DNA of 64,000 bases from Bacilli bacterium (GTDB lineage: Bacteria; Bacillota_I; Bacilli_A; RF39; UBA660). A program made the translations under genes and the position numbers. The stretch covers positions 65,956 to 129,955 of the forward strand of contig JAFWJA010000021.1 of assembly GCA_017511805.1 (NCBI GenBank), read 5' to 3'. Below the pieces are notes generated by a model. That model had not been told where the DNA came from. It saw only the letters and a list, made by a program, of their open reading frames with translations, and did no database searches. This document shows, in pieces, positions 36,204 through 46,188 of this stretch. Position 1 is the stretch's first letter; every line of letters starts with the position of its first letter.

Positions 36204-37919
36204 ATGGATTCTATAACTAAATTAATGAGCAAATATGATGACGATTTAAGTAGTACTATAGGGGACTGTGATTTATCATCCTTAACTGATCAACAAGTAA
36301 AATTTATAAAAGAATTAATTGAATTACAAGATAGAAATAAAGGAAAGATAAAAATATATTTAAATAAAGAAAACAATATTTCTATAAGTGTAAATGGTGA
36401 TGTTGATAAACTTGATTTGCCAGATTCATTTTTAATTTTAGCTGAAAAAGTTGGCAATTATTGTCCACATAATGAATATTCTTTATTTTATAATTTTAAA
36501 TATGTAAATGATATAGATATATTAAAGTCCAAAGTATCAGATGATGGTGTTGAATCAGATATTAATAGTATAATTAGATATTATAATAAAAAAATGGTTC
36601 TTGTTAAAGAACTAGTTGAAGATAATAAAGGTAACGTATATGCGTATTTTGATGCTACATATCCATTTGAAGCACATATTGCCTATACTATTCAATGGTC
36701 TAAATTAAATACTAATCATGAATTTGGATATTACTTTGACAATATGCATATAATTGGAACAAATGATAGATGTTATTCAGTTGCTATTGAACATGATACT
36801 TATCTTAGATGTCTTTCAAATTCTTTTACTAAGACTATTGGAGATTATGGTGATTTAATAGTAGAAAGATATGATGATTCTTTTTTTAATCCAATTAAAT
36901 ATGCTTCAAATAAGATTAAAGATGAGTATATCGATTCAACTTTAAAACAAGGTAAAATATTAGATAATAATCAAAGAGAATTAGTTAAGAAAGAACTTAA
37001 AAATGAATACAAAAAAATAAAAAAAGATACAAAAAGAATTGCTAGATTAAGAAAATTAAGTAACAACGCAAAAAAATGTATTGCTGGTATTACTTTGCTT
37101 GCAGCTTTAGCACCAGTTCCTTTTTTAGTAAAAACAAGTAAATATCATGATACTATAGTAACAACAATGAATAGTAATGGAGTAGAAAAAAATGAAGAAA
37201 TACTTCAAATGTATGAAGAGGGAAAAGCAACTTTTATTGATATGGTATCAATTATGAAAGATTCAACTAAGGAAGCAAATGGAATAATATCAGATGTATC
37301 AAAAAGAGTACATAGTGAGTTAAAAGTATATTTACCATATGAAAAGAATATCGATGGAAGCTATTCCAGAAACGTTATTACATATGATATAAGCAAATTA
37401 GAAGAGGACAAGGTAAAAGATTTCTTTACTAATTATGACTATTTTATAGAAAACTATTCTAATATATTAGGAGAACCAATAAGTATAGATTCAGTTACAA
37501 AAGATAATATTACAGAAGAAGAATTAAATAAGGGAATAAGTGCTGAAGCTAAAATTTTATCAGAAGGAAAAGAAAAAGAAGTTACTTATTTTGATTATAT
37601 TATATTAGTTCTTATGGGATTATTAGCCACTGCTGCTTATCATATAGCGGATTTTGCGATTGATGGATATTCATTGCAAAGAAGAATAGAGGATATTTAC
37701 TTTAAATATAATACTACTTTAGATATGCGCAATATGCTAGAAATTATAAAAGCAGAATTAAATCTTTTAAAAAATCATCCTAATAGAAATATAACTAACA
37801 GACAAATGACTTTAGATGAAATAGAAAAGTTAGCTATTGTTAAGCAACCTAATATTTCACCAGAAGAATTATGTAAAACTGTACAAAAAGAATTATTGTA
37901 TAAGCCAATAAAAGAATAA
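36204..37919 (+). CDS. Hypothetical 571-aa protein with central and C-terminal hydrophobic segments
   Basis: RBS AAAGGAGGGG. TM-like segments CIAGITLLAALAPVPFLV and YIILVLMGLLATAAYHI. No catalytic motif recognised. Confidence 0.45.
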   Translation: MDSITKLMSKYDDDLSSTIGDCDLSSLTDQQVKFIKELIELQDRNKGKIKIYLNKENNISISVNGDVDKLDLPDSFLILAEKVGNYCPHNEYSLFYNFKYVNDIDILKSKVSDDGVESDINSIIRYYNKKMVLVKELVEDNKGNVYAYFDATYPFEAHIAYTIQWSKLNTNHEFGYYFDNMHIIGTNDRCYSVAIEHDTYLRCLSNSFTKTIGDYGDLIVERYDDSFFNPIKYASNKIKDEYIDSTLKQGKILDNNQRELVKKELKNEYKKIKKDTKRIARLRKLSNNAKKCIAGITLLAALAPVPFLVKTSKYHDTIVTTMNSNGVEKNEEILQMYEEGKATFIDMVSIMKDSTKEANGIISDVSKRVHSELKVYLPYEKNIDGSYSRNVITYDISKLEEDKVKDFFTNYDYFIENYSNILGEPISIDSVTKDNITEEELNKGISAEAKILSEGKEKEVTYFDYIILVLMGLLATAAYHIADFAIDGYSLQRRIEDIYFKYNTTLDMRNMLEIIKAELNLLKNHPNRNITNRQMTLDEIEKLAIVKQPNISPEELCKTVQKELLYKPIKE

Positions 37920-37922
37920 TGA

Positions 37923-37950
37923 GAATCAATTATTGATTCCCTTTATTTTA
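37923..37950. terminator. Bidirectional intrinsic terminator
   Basis: Stem gaatcaa-tta-ttgattc, then ccctttatttt. Confidence 0.65.
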
Positions 37951-38643
37951 CTAATAATTTTTAAATGCATCCAAATATTTTTTTAAGTAAGTATCTTTAC
38001 TATTATAATTATATTGCATAATAAACCTAGGATGTTCAAGTGGCACTATTTTATTAAAGAATTTGTATTCTTTATTTATTTTTAATAAATATTCATAATT
38101 TTTTCCAGATCCTATATAGTAACATACTGAGGTATCTATATTAAAAGATAATATTTCTTTTATTGAATTTATTATATATTTAGATAGTTTTTCTTCAAAA
38201 TCTTTTATTTCATAATAATTAACATTAGATTCTTTTCCTTTAGAATTAATTTTAGATATTCCTAGAGGAAACACAAAATTCATATAAAAATCACTATAAA
38301 ATTTAGTACATCCGCCATATTCTTCAATTACATCATAAAGAAAGTTTGAAGATAATTTATTTATATAAAAATTATCTATGGATATTCCTATTTCATTTTG
38401 AAGGTGTGCTGCATCTTCATATGGAACTCCTGTAACAGCAGTTCCTCTTCTAGCTGGATTGCTACCTATTATCAATCTTCTTTTTTTATTGTCATTATAA
38501 TATTTATTATAAAATTTAGTAGTTATTTCATTTACTCTTTTATTATTATATGGATTAATAAATTTATAATTATTAAAAGGTTTAATATTTATTTTTGATA
38601 ATTTATCACAATAATTTAGTATTCTTTCTGAGTTTTTTTTCAT
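37951..38643 (-). CDS. Uracil-DNA glycosylase superfamily-like protein (divergent)
   Basis: LIIGSNPARRGTAVTGVPYED resembles the UDG motif A (G-x-x-P-G...G-x-P-F). C-terminal VPLEHPRF resembles the HPS motif B. Low-confidence family call. Confidence 0.4.
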   Translation of the reverse strand: MKKNSERILNYCDKLSKINIKPFNNYKFINPYNNKRVNEITTKFYNKYYNDNKKRRLIIGSNPARRGTAVTGVPYEDAAHLQNEIGISIDNFYINKLSSNFLYDVIEEYGGCTKFYSDFYMNFVFPLGISKINSKGKESNVNYYEIKDFEEKLSKYIINSIKEILSFNIDTSVCYYIGSGKNYEYLLKINKEYKFFNKIVPLEHPRFIMQYNYNSKDTYLKKYLDAFKNY

Positions 38644-38736
38644 CTTTTTATCATCCCTATATTTAATTTATCATGAAAATTTTTTTGTGTCAAAAATAGG
38701 TATATATCATAGTATAATCTAGGGGAGGTTATACTA

Positions 38737-39963
38737 ATGATTGTAATTGACGCAGGTCATGGAGGAGTAGATAAAGGTGCTTCAGGTAATGGTTTATTTG
38801 AAAGTGACTATACTTTATTAATAAGTAAATATATGAAAGATAGGTTTGATGAACTAGGTATTCCGGCTAAATTAACCAGAGATAGCGATGAAACATTAAC
38901 TCCAAATGAAAGAGTAAATAGAATATTAAGTGCTTATGGTAATGATCCAGGAGTTTTAGTTATTTCTAATCATTTAAATGCTGGTGGTGGAGAAGGGGCA
39001 GAAGTTATATATGCACTTCGAAATAATGATACTTTAGCAAAATCCATCCTTGAAGGATTAGGAAGTGCAGGTCAACCTGTTAGAAAAGTGTACCAAAGAA
39101 GGTTACCAAGTGATCAAACTAAGGATTATTACTTTATCCACAGAAATACTGGAGTAACAGAACCATTAATTATAGAATATGGCTTCATAGATAACCAAAA
39201 TGACGCCAAAAGGATCAAAAACAATTATAAAAAGTATGCTGAAGAGGTAGTTAAAACTATTGCTAATGCAAAGGGATTTACGTACACACCACCAAGAGTT
39301 CAAAATGAATACGTAGTAGAACGTGGTGATACGCTTTGGAATATATCAAAAAAGCTAGATACTACTGTTGAAGAGATAAAAAAACTGAATAATTTGAATA
39401 GTAATTTACTTTATATTGGTCAAGTATTAAAAGTACCAAATTATAATACTGTTACTGACACTAATATAACTTATGTTGTTAAGAAGGGAGATACTCTTTA
39501 TTCAATCGCATCTAAAAATAATATATCTGTTAATAGGTTAAAAGAAGTAAATAATCTAAAAACTGATGATCTATCTATTGGTCAATCTTTAATAATTCCA
39601 GAAACAGAATCTATTGTTCTTCCAAAAGAAGATGAAATAATAAATGAAGGAAGCGTTTACGTAGTAGAAAAAGGAGATACTTTATATTCAATCGCTAAGA
39701 AATTTAATACTACTGTGGACAAGTTAAAAGAAACAAACTCTATTATTAATGATATCCTAACTATTGGTATGAATTTGTTAATACCTTCATCAGGTTCTAC
39801 CTTACAAGATATCATTATACATACGGTAGAACCAGGTGATAGTTTGTGGTCTATATCTAGAAAATATAATACTACAGTTAATGATATAAAACAGTTAAAT
39901 AATTTAGATACTGATTTATTAGTAGTAGGACAAGAACTACAGGTCAAAAGAAATACAAAATAG
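38737..39963 (+). CDS. N-acetylmuramoyl-L-alanine amidase (Amidase_3/CwlD-like catalytic domain) with four LysM repeats
   Basis: MIVIDAGHGGVDKGASGNG. LysM repeats YVVERGDTLWNISKK, YVVKKGDTLYSIASK, YVVEKGDTLYSIAKK and HTVEPGDSLWSISRK. RBS GGGGAGG; -10 TAGTATAAT. Confidence 0.85.
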   Translation: MIVIDAGHGGVDKGASGNGLFESDYTLLISKYMKDRFDELGIPAKLTRDSDETLTPNERVNRILSAYGNDPGVLVISNHLNAGGGEGAEVIYALRNNDTLAKSILEGLGSAGQPVRKVYQRRLPSDQTKDYYFIHRNTGVTEPLIIEYGFIDNQNDAKRIKNNYKKYAEEVVKTIANAKGFTYTPPRVQNEYVVERGDTLWNISKKLDTTVEEIKKLNNLNSNLLYIGQVLKVPNYNTVTDTNITYVVKKGDTLYSIASKNNISVNRLKEVNNLKTDDLSIGQSLIIPETESIVLPKEDEIINEGSVYVVEKGDTLYSIAKKFNTTVDKLKETNSIINDILTIGMNLLIPSSGSTLQDIIIHTVEPGDSLWSISRKYNTTVNDIKQLNNLDTDLLVVGQELQVKRNTK

Positions 39964-39977
39964 TATTTCTTTTTTTG
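39947..39977 (+). terminator. Intrinsic terminator overlapping the amidase stop
   Basis: Stem gaaatac-aaaata-gtatttc plus a T-run. Confidence 0.7.
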
Positions 39978-40016
39978 ATATTTATGATATAATACTTCGT
40001 GTTTGAAGGGGATATA

Positions 40017-41159
40017 ATGTTAGAAAGAACACAGTTTAAAAAAGATGAAAAAAGAAATATATTCATTGATAAAGATGCATTAGTAGAAAGAAAAGAGTCT
40101 TTAGATGATTTTGTTACTAATGAACCATTACTTAATAAATCAAAGTTTAGTAAATCAGATTTTCCACAAGAAATTAAGTTTAATAATGCAATTGAAGGAA
40201 TTGATGATGATGTTAATGAGATTAGTTCATTATTAAGCAGAATGTTTGTTAGTGTTAATAGAGATAAAAAAAGAATTACTAATGTATATAAAGCATATAA
40301 ATATATTTTAAGTAAAAAGAATATAAATAAGGATTCATTAAAGAAATTATATTCTATATTAAGTGATGGATTATTACAGTCATGTGATTCTAGAAGGATG
40401 GGAGAGTATTATAGACAGGGTGATGTTTATATAATGAGAGGCATAAGTATGGAAAGATTTTTCCGTGGAGTAGAGCCTGAACATGTTTCTGAATATATGG
40501 ATATATTATTTGATTATATAAATAATGATAATAGTGATAAAACAGATATAGATTCATTTATTAAGTCTCAAATAATACATGCTTATTGTGTATATATTCA
40601 TCCATATTTTGATGTTAATGGTAGAACATCTAGAACTCTAGGTATGTGGTATTTATTAAATAAAAAAGACCTAAATTATATTACATTTAATAGATCAATA
40701 TCATTTTTAAAGAGTAAATATGAAAAAAGTCTTATTGAATTAAGAGATAGGGGAGATATGACTCCATTTTTGAAATATATGTTAGATGCTGAAAGATTGG
40801 AATTAGAAAAAGAATATATCATTAATAATGTTGAAAAGAATATTGGTAAAAAATTAACCAATGAAGAATATCTTACTTTAGAATATTTTTTAAGTTTAAA
40901 TGGTAGATTAACTTTACTTGATTTAATACATATTTATAATGATTACAATGCTAAGAAAAAGAAGTTAGAAGTATTAGATGAAAAGATAAATCCATTATTA
41001 GAAAAAGGAATATTAAAAAAGACTTTTGATACTAAACATTTTATATCATCTGATCTACCTAATTCTAGAATAGTATTAAATAGAGAATTATTAGATGTAG
41101 ATGAAAAGAAAATTAAAAAACTAAGACTTGAACATTATACAAAAGAAAACCAAGATTAA
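40017..41159 (+). CDS. Fic-family protein with non-canonical motif HPYFDVNGRTSR
   Basis: H-P-Y-F-D-V-N-G-R replaces the canonical H-P-F-x-(D/E)-G-N-G-R (Gly changed to Val before NGR). RBS GAAGGGG upstream of ATG 40017; extended -10 TGATATAAT. The ORF track starts at GTG 39999. Confidence 0.7.
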   Translation: MLERTQFKKDEKRNIFIDKDALVERKESLDDFVTNEPLLNKSKFSKSDFPQEIKFNNAIEGIDDDVNEISSLLSRMFVSVNRDKKRITNVYKAYKYILSKKNINKDSLKKLYSILSDGLLQSCDSRRMGEYYRQGDVYIMRGISMERFFRGVEPEHVSEYMDILFDYINNDNSDKTDIDSFIKSQIIHAYCVYIHPYFDVNGRTSRTLGMWYLLNKKDLNYITFNRSISFLKSKYEKSLIELRDRGDMTPFLKYMLDAERLELEKEYIINNVEKNIGKKLTNEEYLTLEYFLSLNGRLTLLDLIHIYNDYNAKKKKLEVLDEKINPLLEKGILKKTFDTKHFISSDLPNSRIVLNRELLDVDEKKIKKLRLEHYTKENQD

Positions 41160-41596
41160 TATAATCTTGGACATGTACCTTGACTTGGTTTATAGAAACA
41201 ATGACTTTTATATCTGCCAGAATTTGCTTGGTTATACCATGTACTTCTACATGAATTAGAAGAACCTGGTGCATAGAACCATAATGCATTAGTCGCAGGA
41301 TAAAAGTCTTCACCATCAATAACTCGCTTTGCGAGTTTCTTTTCTTTTGTAGTAGCAGAACTATTAAATAGACTACTATTAACACCAGAAAAACCTCCTG
41401 GAGATTGATAAACCATATCAGTTATAGATCTTATATTTTTAAAATCTATACAATTACAGATAACTCTATTTATACAAACATTACCTACCATAAGCATACC
41501 TAAATCACCTTCACCAAGTGCTTCTGCGCGCATAAGTCTAGCAAGTAAGTCTAATTCTTTCGTATTATAAGCAACAACTCCCATATTCTTCACCAA
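41156..41596 (-). CDS. SleB/CwlJ-family cell-wall hydrolase (Hydrolase_2)
   Basis: LDLLARLMRAEALGEG..GMLMVGNVCINRV..YQSPGGFSGVN..ALWFYAP are characteristic of the SleB cortex-lytic enzyme catalytic domain. Confidence 0.7.
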   Translation of the reverse strand: MVKNMGVVAYNTKELDLLARLMRAEALGEGDLGMLMVGNVCINRVICNCIDFKNIRSITDMVYQSPGGFSGVNSSLFNSSATTKEKKLAKRVIDGEDFYPATNALWFYAPGSSNSCRSTWYNQANSGRYKSHCFYKPSQGTCPRLY

Positions 41597-41658
41597 TATA
41601 TTATATGTTTTTCTTGATAAAAAGTTAAAACTATGATATTATTAATTTGTCCTGATTT

Positions 41659-41732
41659 AGGGGTGTAGTTAAATGGTATAATAGGAGTCTCCAAAACTTT
41701 TGTTGGGAGTTCGATTCTCTCCACCCCTGCCA
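41659..41732 (+). tRNA. trnW: tRNA-Trp (anticodon CCA)
   Basis: Cloverleaf folded by hand: acceptor AGGGGTG/CACCCCT, D-stem GTTA/TAAT, anticodon stem GGAGT/ACTTT with loop CTCCAAA (U33, CCA, A37), T-arm GGGAG-TTCGATT-CTCTC, discriminator G, encoded CCA. Confidence 0.85.
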
Positions 41733-41742
41733 TTTAGAAATT

Positions 41743-41780
41743 AAAACACTAACAATTTGTTAGTGTTTTATTTTTTTTCT
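41743..41780. terminator. Bidirectional intrinsic terminator after the tRNA
   Basis: 11-bp stem aaaacactaac-aattt-gttagtgtttt plus T10. Confidence 0.8.
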
Positions 41781-41899
41781 TTTCTAACTTGCATTAAGTA
41801 ATATAATCCAATGATATCTATAAAATCATCAATAGTATTTCTCTTTTTCAAAATATCATCTCATATTCTTTATTATTTATTTTTATTATATCATATTTT

Positions 41900-44800
41900 T
41901 TATTCTACGCTTTTTAATGACTCAATTAAGTGTATTTTCTTTAGAGTATAATGTACTCCAATACTTACTATAAATGTGAATAGAATCATAAATCCAAATG
42001 TCTGTAAGTAACTATCTAGATGTATATCTTTTATATATTGCATTGTATTTATTTCTAATGAATCTATAAGTTTATATGCATATAATGTACCTGCGCCAAG
42101 ACCTACTAAAATACCTATTACTGTTATTATTATTTCTTCTTTCATTATGTATAAATCTATTTCTTGATAATAGAAACCTAGTACTTTTAGAGTAGCTATT
42201 TCTCTTTGTCTTTCACTAATATTAATATAAGCTAGACTATAGAATACTACAAATGATAGAGCACCAGAGAATATTATTAATACATATACTATTAGATTTA
42301 ATGATTTAAATAATGTATCTGCTTCTTTTTTAGCATTTATTATAGAAATAGTACTTAGAATATGTGGATTCTTCTTTTTTAAATTGCTTATTATTTTGTT
42401 TTCTTCATTTATATCATTAAATCTTATATACTGTGCATTTATATTATATTTTCCTATATCTTTTGTATATAAATCTTTTGACATATATATGTAGTCTCCA
42501 ATATAGTTTTCACATATATTAGTTATTTTAAAATCATAAGTAGCGTTGTTATTCTCAAGTATTGTAATTGTATCTCCAACTTTTAAATCAAAGTAACCCG
42601 CTAATTTTTCAGTTAAGACTACTGTATTTTCTTTTAATGTTACTTCATCTTTTGTATCGCTATCAATTATAGTTAATGCTTTTTTAAATTCATCTTTATC
42701 ATCTGGTGTTATTAAAGATACTCTTTTATTTCCTAGTTCAACTTGATCTATTTTAGCGTAAACACTAAAATCTAAGTTCTCATTATCAACATAAATGCTT
42801 AATTCTTTTGAATCTAGTTTTCCATCTAATGATATTAATGCGTCATTATGATTAATCTCATTATATTGTTTCTCAACAACATACGCAATTGAGTCTTTAA
42901 TTCCGTATCCAGCGAGTAATATCATAGTACAAGATGCTATTCCAAATATAGACATTAGAACTCTTCTTTTATATCTAAATATATTTCTAATAGTTAATTT
43001 ATTTGAATATTTTAATCTATTCCATAAGAATGGTATTTTTTCTAACCATATTTTTTTACCTATAGGAGGTGCGATAGGTCTTAATAATGTTGTCGTTTTT
43101 TCTCTTACTAAATTATTAATAGTAAATAGAGTAGAACCTACTATACATATTAAACTAATAATTATTCCAATTACTATAGGCATATAATTAGTACTATAAA
43201 CTGTTACTGGTATATTATGTATTATTTTAAATACTTCAATAATTATATTAGGAATAACTAAATATCCAATAAGAGCACCTATAATACCACCTATTAGAGT
43301 CGCTAATAGAGAGTAGATAAAGTATTTTAATCTAACTTCTTTATTAGTAAAACCAAGTGCTTTTAAAGTACCTATTTCACTTCTATTTTCAATAGCCATT
43401 CTAGCCATTGATAGTAAACTTATCATAATTGATACTATAAAGAATATAATAGGGAATATATTTGATAGATTTTCAACACTATCATAACTACTTAGATATG
43501 TTATATATTCATTATTATTTTCTCTTGTTTGTATAAACCATTTAGCTTTTTCAATTTTTTTAAGTTCTTCCTTAGCGGAATCTAATTCTTTTTTTACTTT
43601 TATTTTATTGTCTTCATATTCTTTATTACTTTTATTATATAGTTCTAAATTACTATTATATTCATTTAAACCAGAATTATAATTTGATAATCCTGCTTTA
43701 TATTCATCTAATCCTGTATTATATTTATTTAATCCATTATTGTATTCATTATTCGAATTATTTAATTTTTCTTCATTCTCACTTATTAATTTAGAATTCT
43801 TATCATATTCTATATAACCATTTTCTATATCTCTAATTCCATTAAATAGTTTTAAAATATCATCATTTTTATCTATATATTCATCTAAATATTTAATTAT
43901 ATCATCATAATGATCAATAGTTGTTGGTATACTTCCTTTAACCAAAATTATAAAGTTATCATCAAATATTAATTTTTTTATTTGATCAATAGTAGCTATA
44001 TCTATTAATTCACTTATTTTAACATCTGATTTATCTAATATATCCTGTTCAGTAATACCATATTTATTAAGCAGTTCTTCTAAGTTAATTCCATACATAT
44101 TAGCAACTATTTTTATATTAACTATACTACTTCTTATTGTTTCTTCTATATCTAAATCTTCACCAAAAATCTTAATAATATCACTTAGAGAAAAAGATGC
44201 ACTATCATATTTTTCTACAAAGTTTTTTAATTTATCATATGTAATAATATTATTAGTATTATCTTTTAATTTATCTTCTATTTCTTTTTTACCATTATCT
44301 AGTTTTTGTTTAGCTTTTAATAGTTCTTCTTTAGCTTTATTTAATGAATCATATCCTTGTTCTATTTCAATGCGTCCATTATTTAATTCTATTTTAGCTT
44401 TATCTAATTCTTTTTTAGCGTTATCAAGTGTAATTTTGGTATTATCTAAAGTTATTTTTCCATTATCAAGTTCAGTTTTAAATTGATCTAATTGTTTTTT
44501 AGCTTTATCTAATTCTTCATTAGCTTTATCTTCTTCTTTTTTAATTTTTTCTTTAGCATCATTTAATAGTTTTTCATATCTATCATTTTGCCTATTATCT
44601 TTTATTTTATTAATTTCTTTTACATCATCATCTATTTCTTTTAGGTATTCGTCACTATTTGTTATATATTTATCTGCATCACTATCTAGTACATATATTT
44701 CTGTATAATATTCCATATTAAATAGTTCTTTGTTTACATATGAATAATACGCAACTTGTCCATTACCTAACGCTGTATTACCTCTACTTTGAGATACGCT

Positions 44801-45340
44801 ACTATTATTTACGTATTCAGGACTAATAACAATACCAACTATTTCTAGTTCATCCGTTTTAAGTGATTTATCATCTCCTTCTAGTTCTAGTTTAATTTTA
44901 TCCCCAATTTTATAATTTGTTTTATATTCTATTCCTTCTTCTACAACTATTTCATTATATTTTTCAGGCATTCTACCTTTAATAATTTCATAATCATTTA
45001 TATCATCAATCATTTCTTGCATTCTTATGACTGATTCATATTTTCCATCATTAAAAATAGCGTCTTTAGTATGTGACCCTACTACTTTAAAATTATTATT
45101 TAATTTTTTTATTTCTTTTACATCATCATTATCAAGTCCAAGAGTAGAAATTACTTTCAAATCATACATCTTATTATCATCATAATACTTATCTAATGAT
45201 TCCATCATTGTAGGTCCTGATGTTTTCATTCCTACAAAGAAAGATACTCCTAAAATACTAAGAATGCATAATGAGAAAAACCTCTTTTTTGATTTTTTGA
45301 TTTCTCTTAGACTCATAGTAATAAGTCTATTCTTTTTCAT
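41900..45340 (-). CDS. MacB/FtsX-type ABC transporter permease with two FtsX modules and a very long extracytoplasmic coiled-coil domain
   Basis: 1146 aa with two 4-TM FtsX-like permease blocks. About 350 aa of heptad-like KxELDxAK repeats lie between TM1 and TM2. The ATPase gene is immediately upstream. Confidence 0.75.
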   Translation of the reverse strand: MKKNRLITMSLREIKKSKKRFFSLCILSILGVSFFVGMKTSGPTMMESLDKYYDDNKMYDLKVISTLGLDNDDVKEIKKLNNNFKVVGSHTKDAIFNDGKYESVIRMQEMIDDINDYEIIKGRMPEKYNEIVVEEGIEYKTNYKIGDKIKLELEGDDKSLKTDELEIVGIVISPEYVNNSSVSQSRGNTALGNGQVAYYSYVNKELFNMEYYTEIYVLDSDADKYITNSDEYLKEIDDDVKEINKIKDNRQNDRYEKLLNDAKEKIKKEEDKANEELDKAKKQLDQFKTELDNGKITLDNTKITLDNAKKELDKAKIELNNGRIEIEQGYDSLNKAKEELLKAKQKLDNGKKEIEDKLKDNTNNIITYDKLKNFVEKYDSASFSLSDIIKIFGEDLDIEETIRSSIVNIKIVANMYGINLEELLNKYGITEQDILDKSDVKISELIDIATIDQIKKLIFDDNFIILVKGSIPTTIDHYDDIIKYLDEYIDKNDDILKLFNGIRDIENGYIEYDKNSKLISENEEKLNNSNNEYNNGLNKYNTGLDEYKAGLSNYNSGLNEYNSNLELYNKSNKEYEDNKIKVKKELDSAKEELKKIEKAKWFIQTRENNNEYITYLSSYDSVENLSNIFPIIFFIVSIMISLLSMARMAIENRSEIGTLKALGFTNKEVRLKYFIYSLLATLIGGIIGALIGYLVIPNIIIEVFKIIHNIPVTVYSTNYMPIVIGIIISLICIVGSTLFTINNLVREKTTTLLRPIAPPIGKKIWLEKIPFLWNRLKYSNKLTIRNIFRYKRRVLMSIFGIASCTMILLAGYGIKDSIAYVVEKQYNEINHNDALISLDGKLDSKELSIYVDNENLDFSVYAKIDQVELGNKRVSLITPDDKDEFKKALTIIDSDTKDEVTLKENTVVLTEKLAGYFDLKVGDTITILENNNATYDFKITNICENYIGDYIYMSKDLYTKDIGKYNINAQYIRFNDINEENKIISNLKKKNPHILSTISIINAKKEADTLFKSLNLIVYVLIIFSGALSFVVFYSLAYINISERQREIATLKVLGFYYQEIDLYIMKEEIIITVIGILVGLGAGTLYAYKLIDSLEINTMQYIKDIHLDSYLQTFGFMILFTFIVSIGVHYTLKKIHLIESLKSVE

Positions 45341-45344
45341 ACTC

Positions 45345-46055
45345 TTACCATTCTATTTCTTTAACACTAATAGGTTTTTTATTTAGAATTATATCCTCTG
45401 TCCTTCCATTTCTAAATTTTATTACTCTATCAGCCATAGGTGCTACTGCACTATTATGAGTTATTATTATAGTTGTAATTTTATCTTTTCTACAAGTCTT
45501 TTCTAGTAGTTCTAATATTTGTTTACCAGTTTTATAATCTAGAGCACCAGTTGGTTCATCCGCTAAAAGTATTTTAGGCTTTCTTGCTATTGCTCTTGCT
45601 ATAGATACTCTTTGTTGTTGACCACCAGACATTTGTGAAGGAAAGTTATCCATTCTATCTTCTAGACCTACTTTTTTTAATGCTTCTTTGGCGTCCATTG
45701 GATTCTTACACATTTGTGTACCTAATTCTATATTTTCTAATGCAGTTAAGTTTTGAACAAGGTTATAAAATTGAAAAACAAATCCTATATCATTTCTTCT
45801 ATATTTAATTAATTCTTTTTCTTTTATTTTTGTAATATTTACTTCATCTACTATTACATTCCCAGAGGTTACTTCATCCATACCACCTAATATATTTAGG
45901 CAAGTTGATTTACCTGAACCAGATTGACCTAGTATAACAACTAATTCACCTTTTTCAATCTCAAAACTAGCTTTATCTAAAGCCTTTAAATCCACTTCAC
46001 CCATTTTGTATATTTTATTAACATCTTTAAATTCTATATAGGCCATATTAGTCAC
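45345..46055 (-). CDS. ABC transporter ATP-binding protein (MacB-type partner)
   Basis: Walker A GQSGSGKST, signature LSGGQQQRVSIARA, Walker B LLADEPTGALD and H-loop ITHN. Confidence 0.9.
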   Translation of the reverse strand: MTNMAYIEFKDVNKIYKMGEVDLKALDKASFEIEKGELVVILGQSGSGKSTCLNILGGMDEVTSGNVIVDEVNITKIKEKELIKYRRNDIGFVFQFYNLVQNLTALENIELGTQMCKNPMDAKEALKKVGLEDRMDNFPSQMSGGQQQRVSIARAIARKPKILLADEPTGALDYKTGKQILELLEKTCRKDKITTIIITHNSAVAPMADRVIKFRNGRTEDIILNKKPISVKEIEW

Positions 46056-46188
46056 CTCGTATTATATATATTTATTCTAACATATAAAAGATAATTCTTC
46101 AATGTTTATAAACTGACAAGTAACTAGCATTTGCCTTGTTGAGAGACAGGTATTGTGTTATTATAAAGGTATATACTAGGAGGTCTAT

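Noticed and set aside
8421-41600. Possibility that the accessory region is an intact prophage or ICE.
   Set aside because: No integrase, recombinase, terminase, portal, capsid, tail, relaxase or T4SS channel genes are present in the window. Only isolated hints (PcfJ-like, soluble VirD4-like, CnaB-like small protein) are present, so at most it is a decayed remnant.
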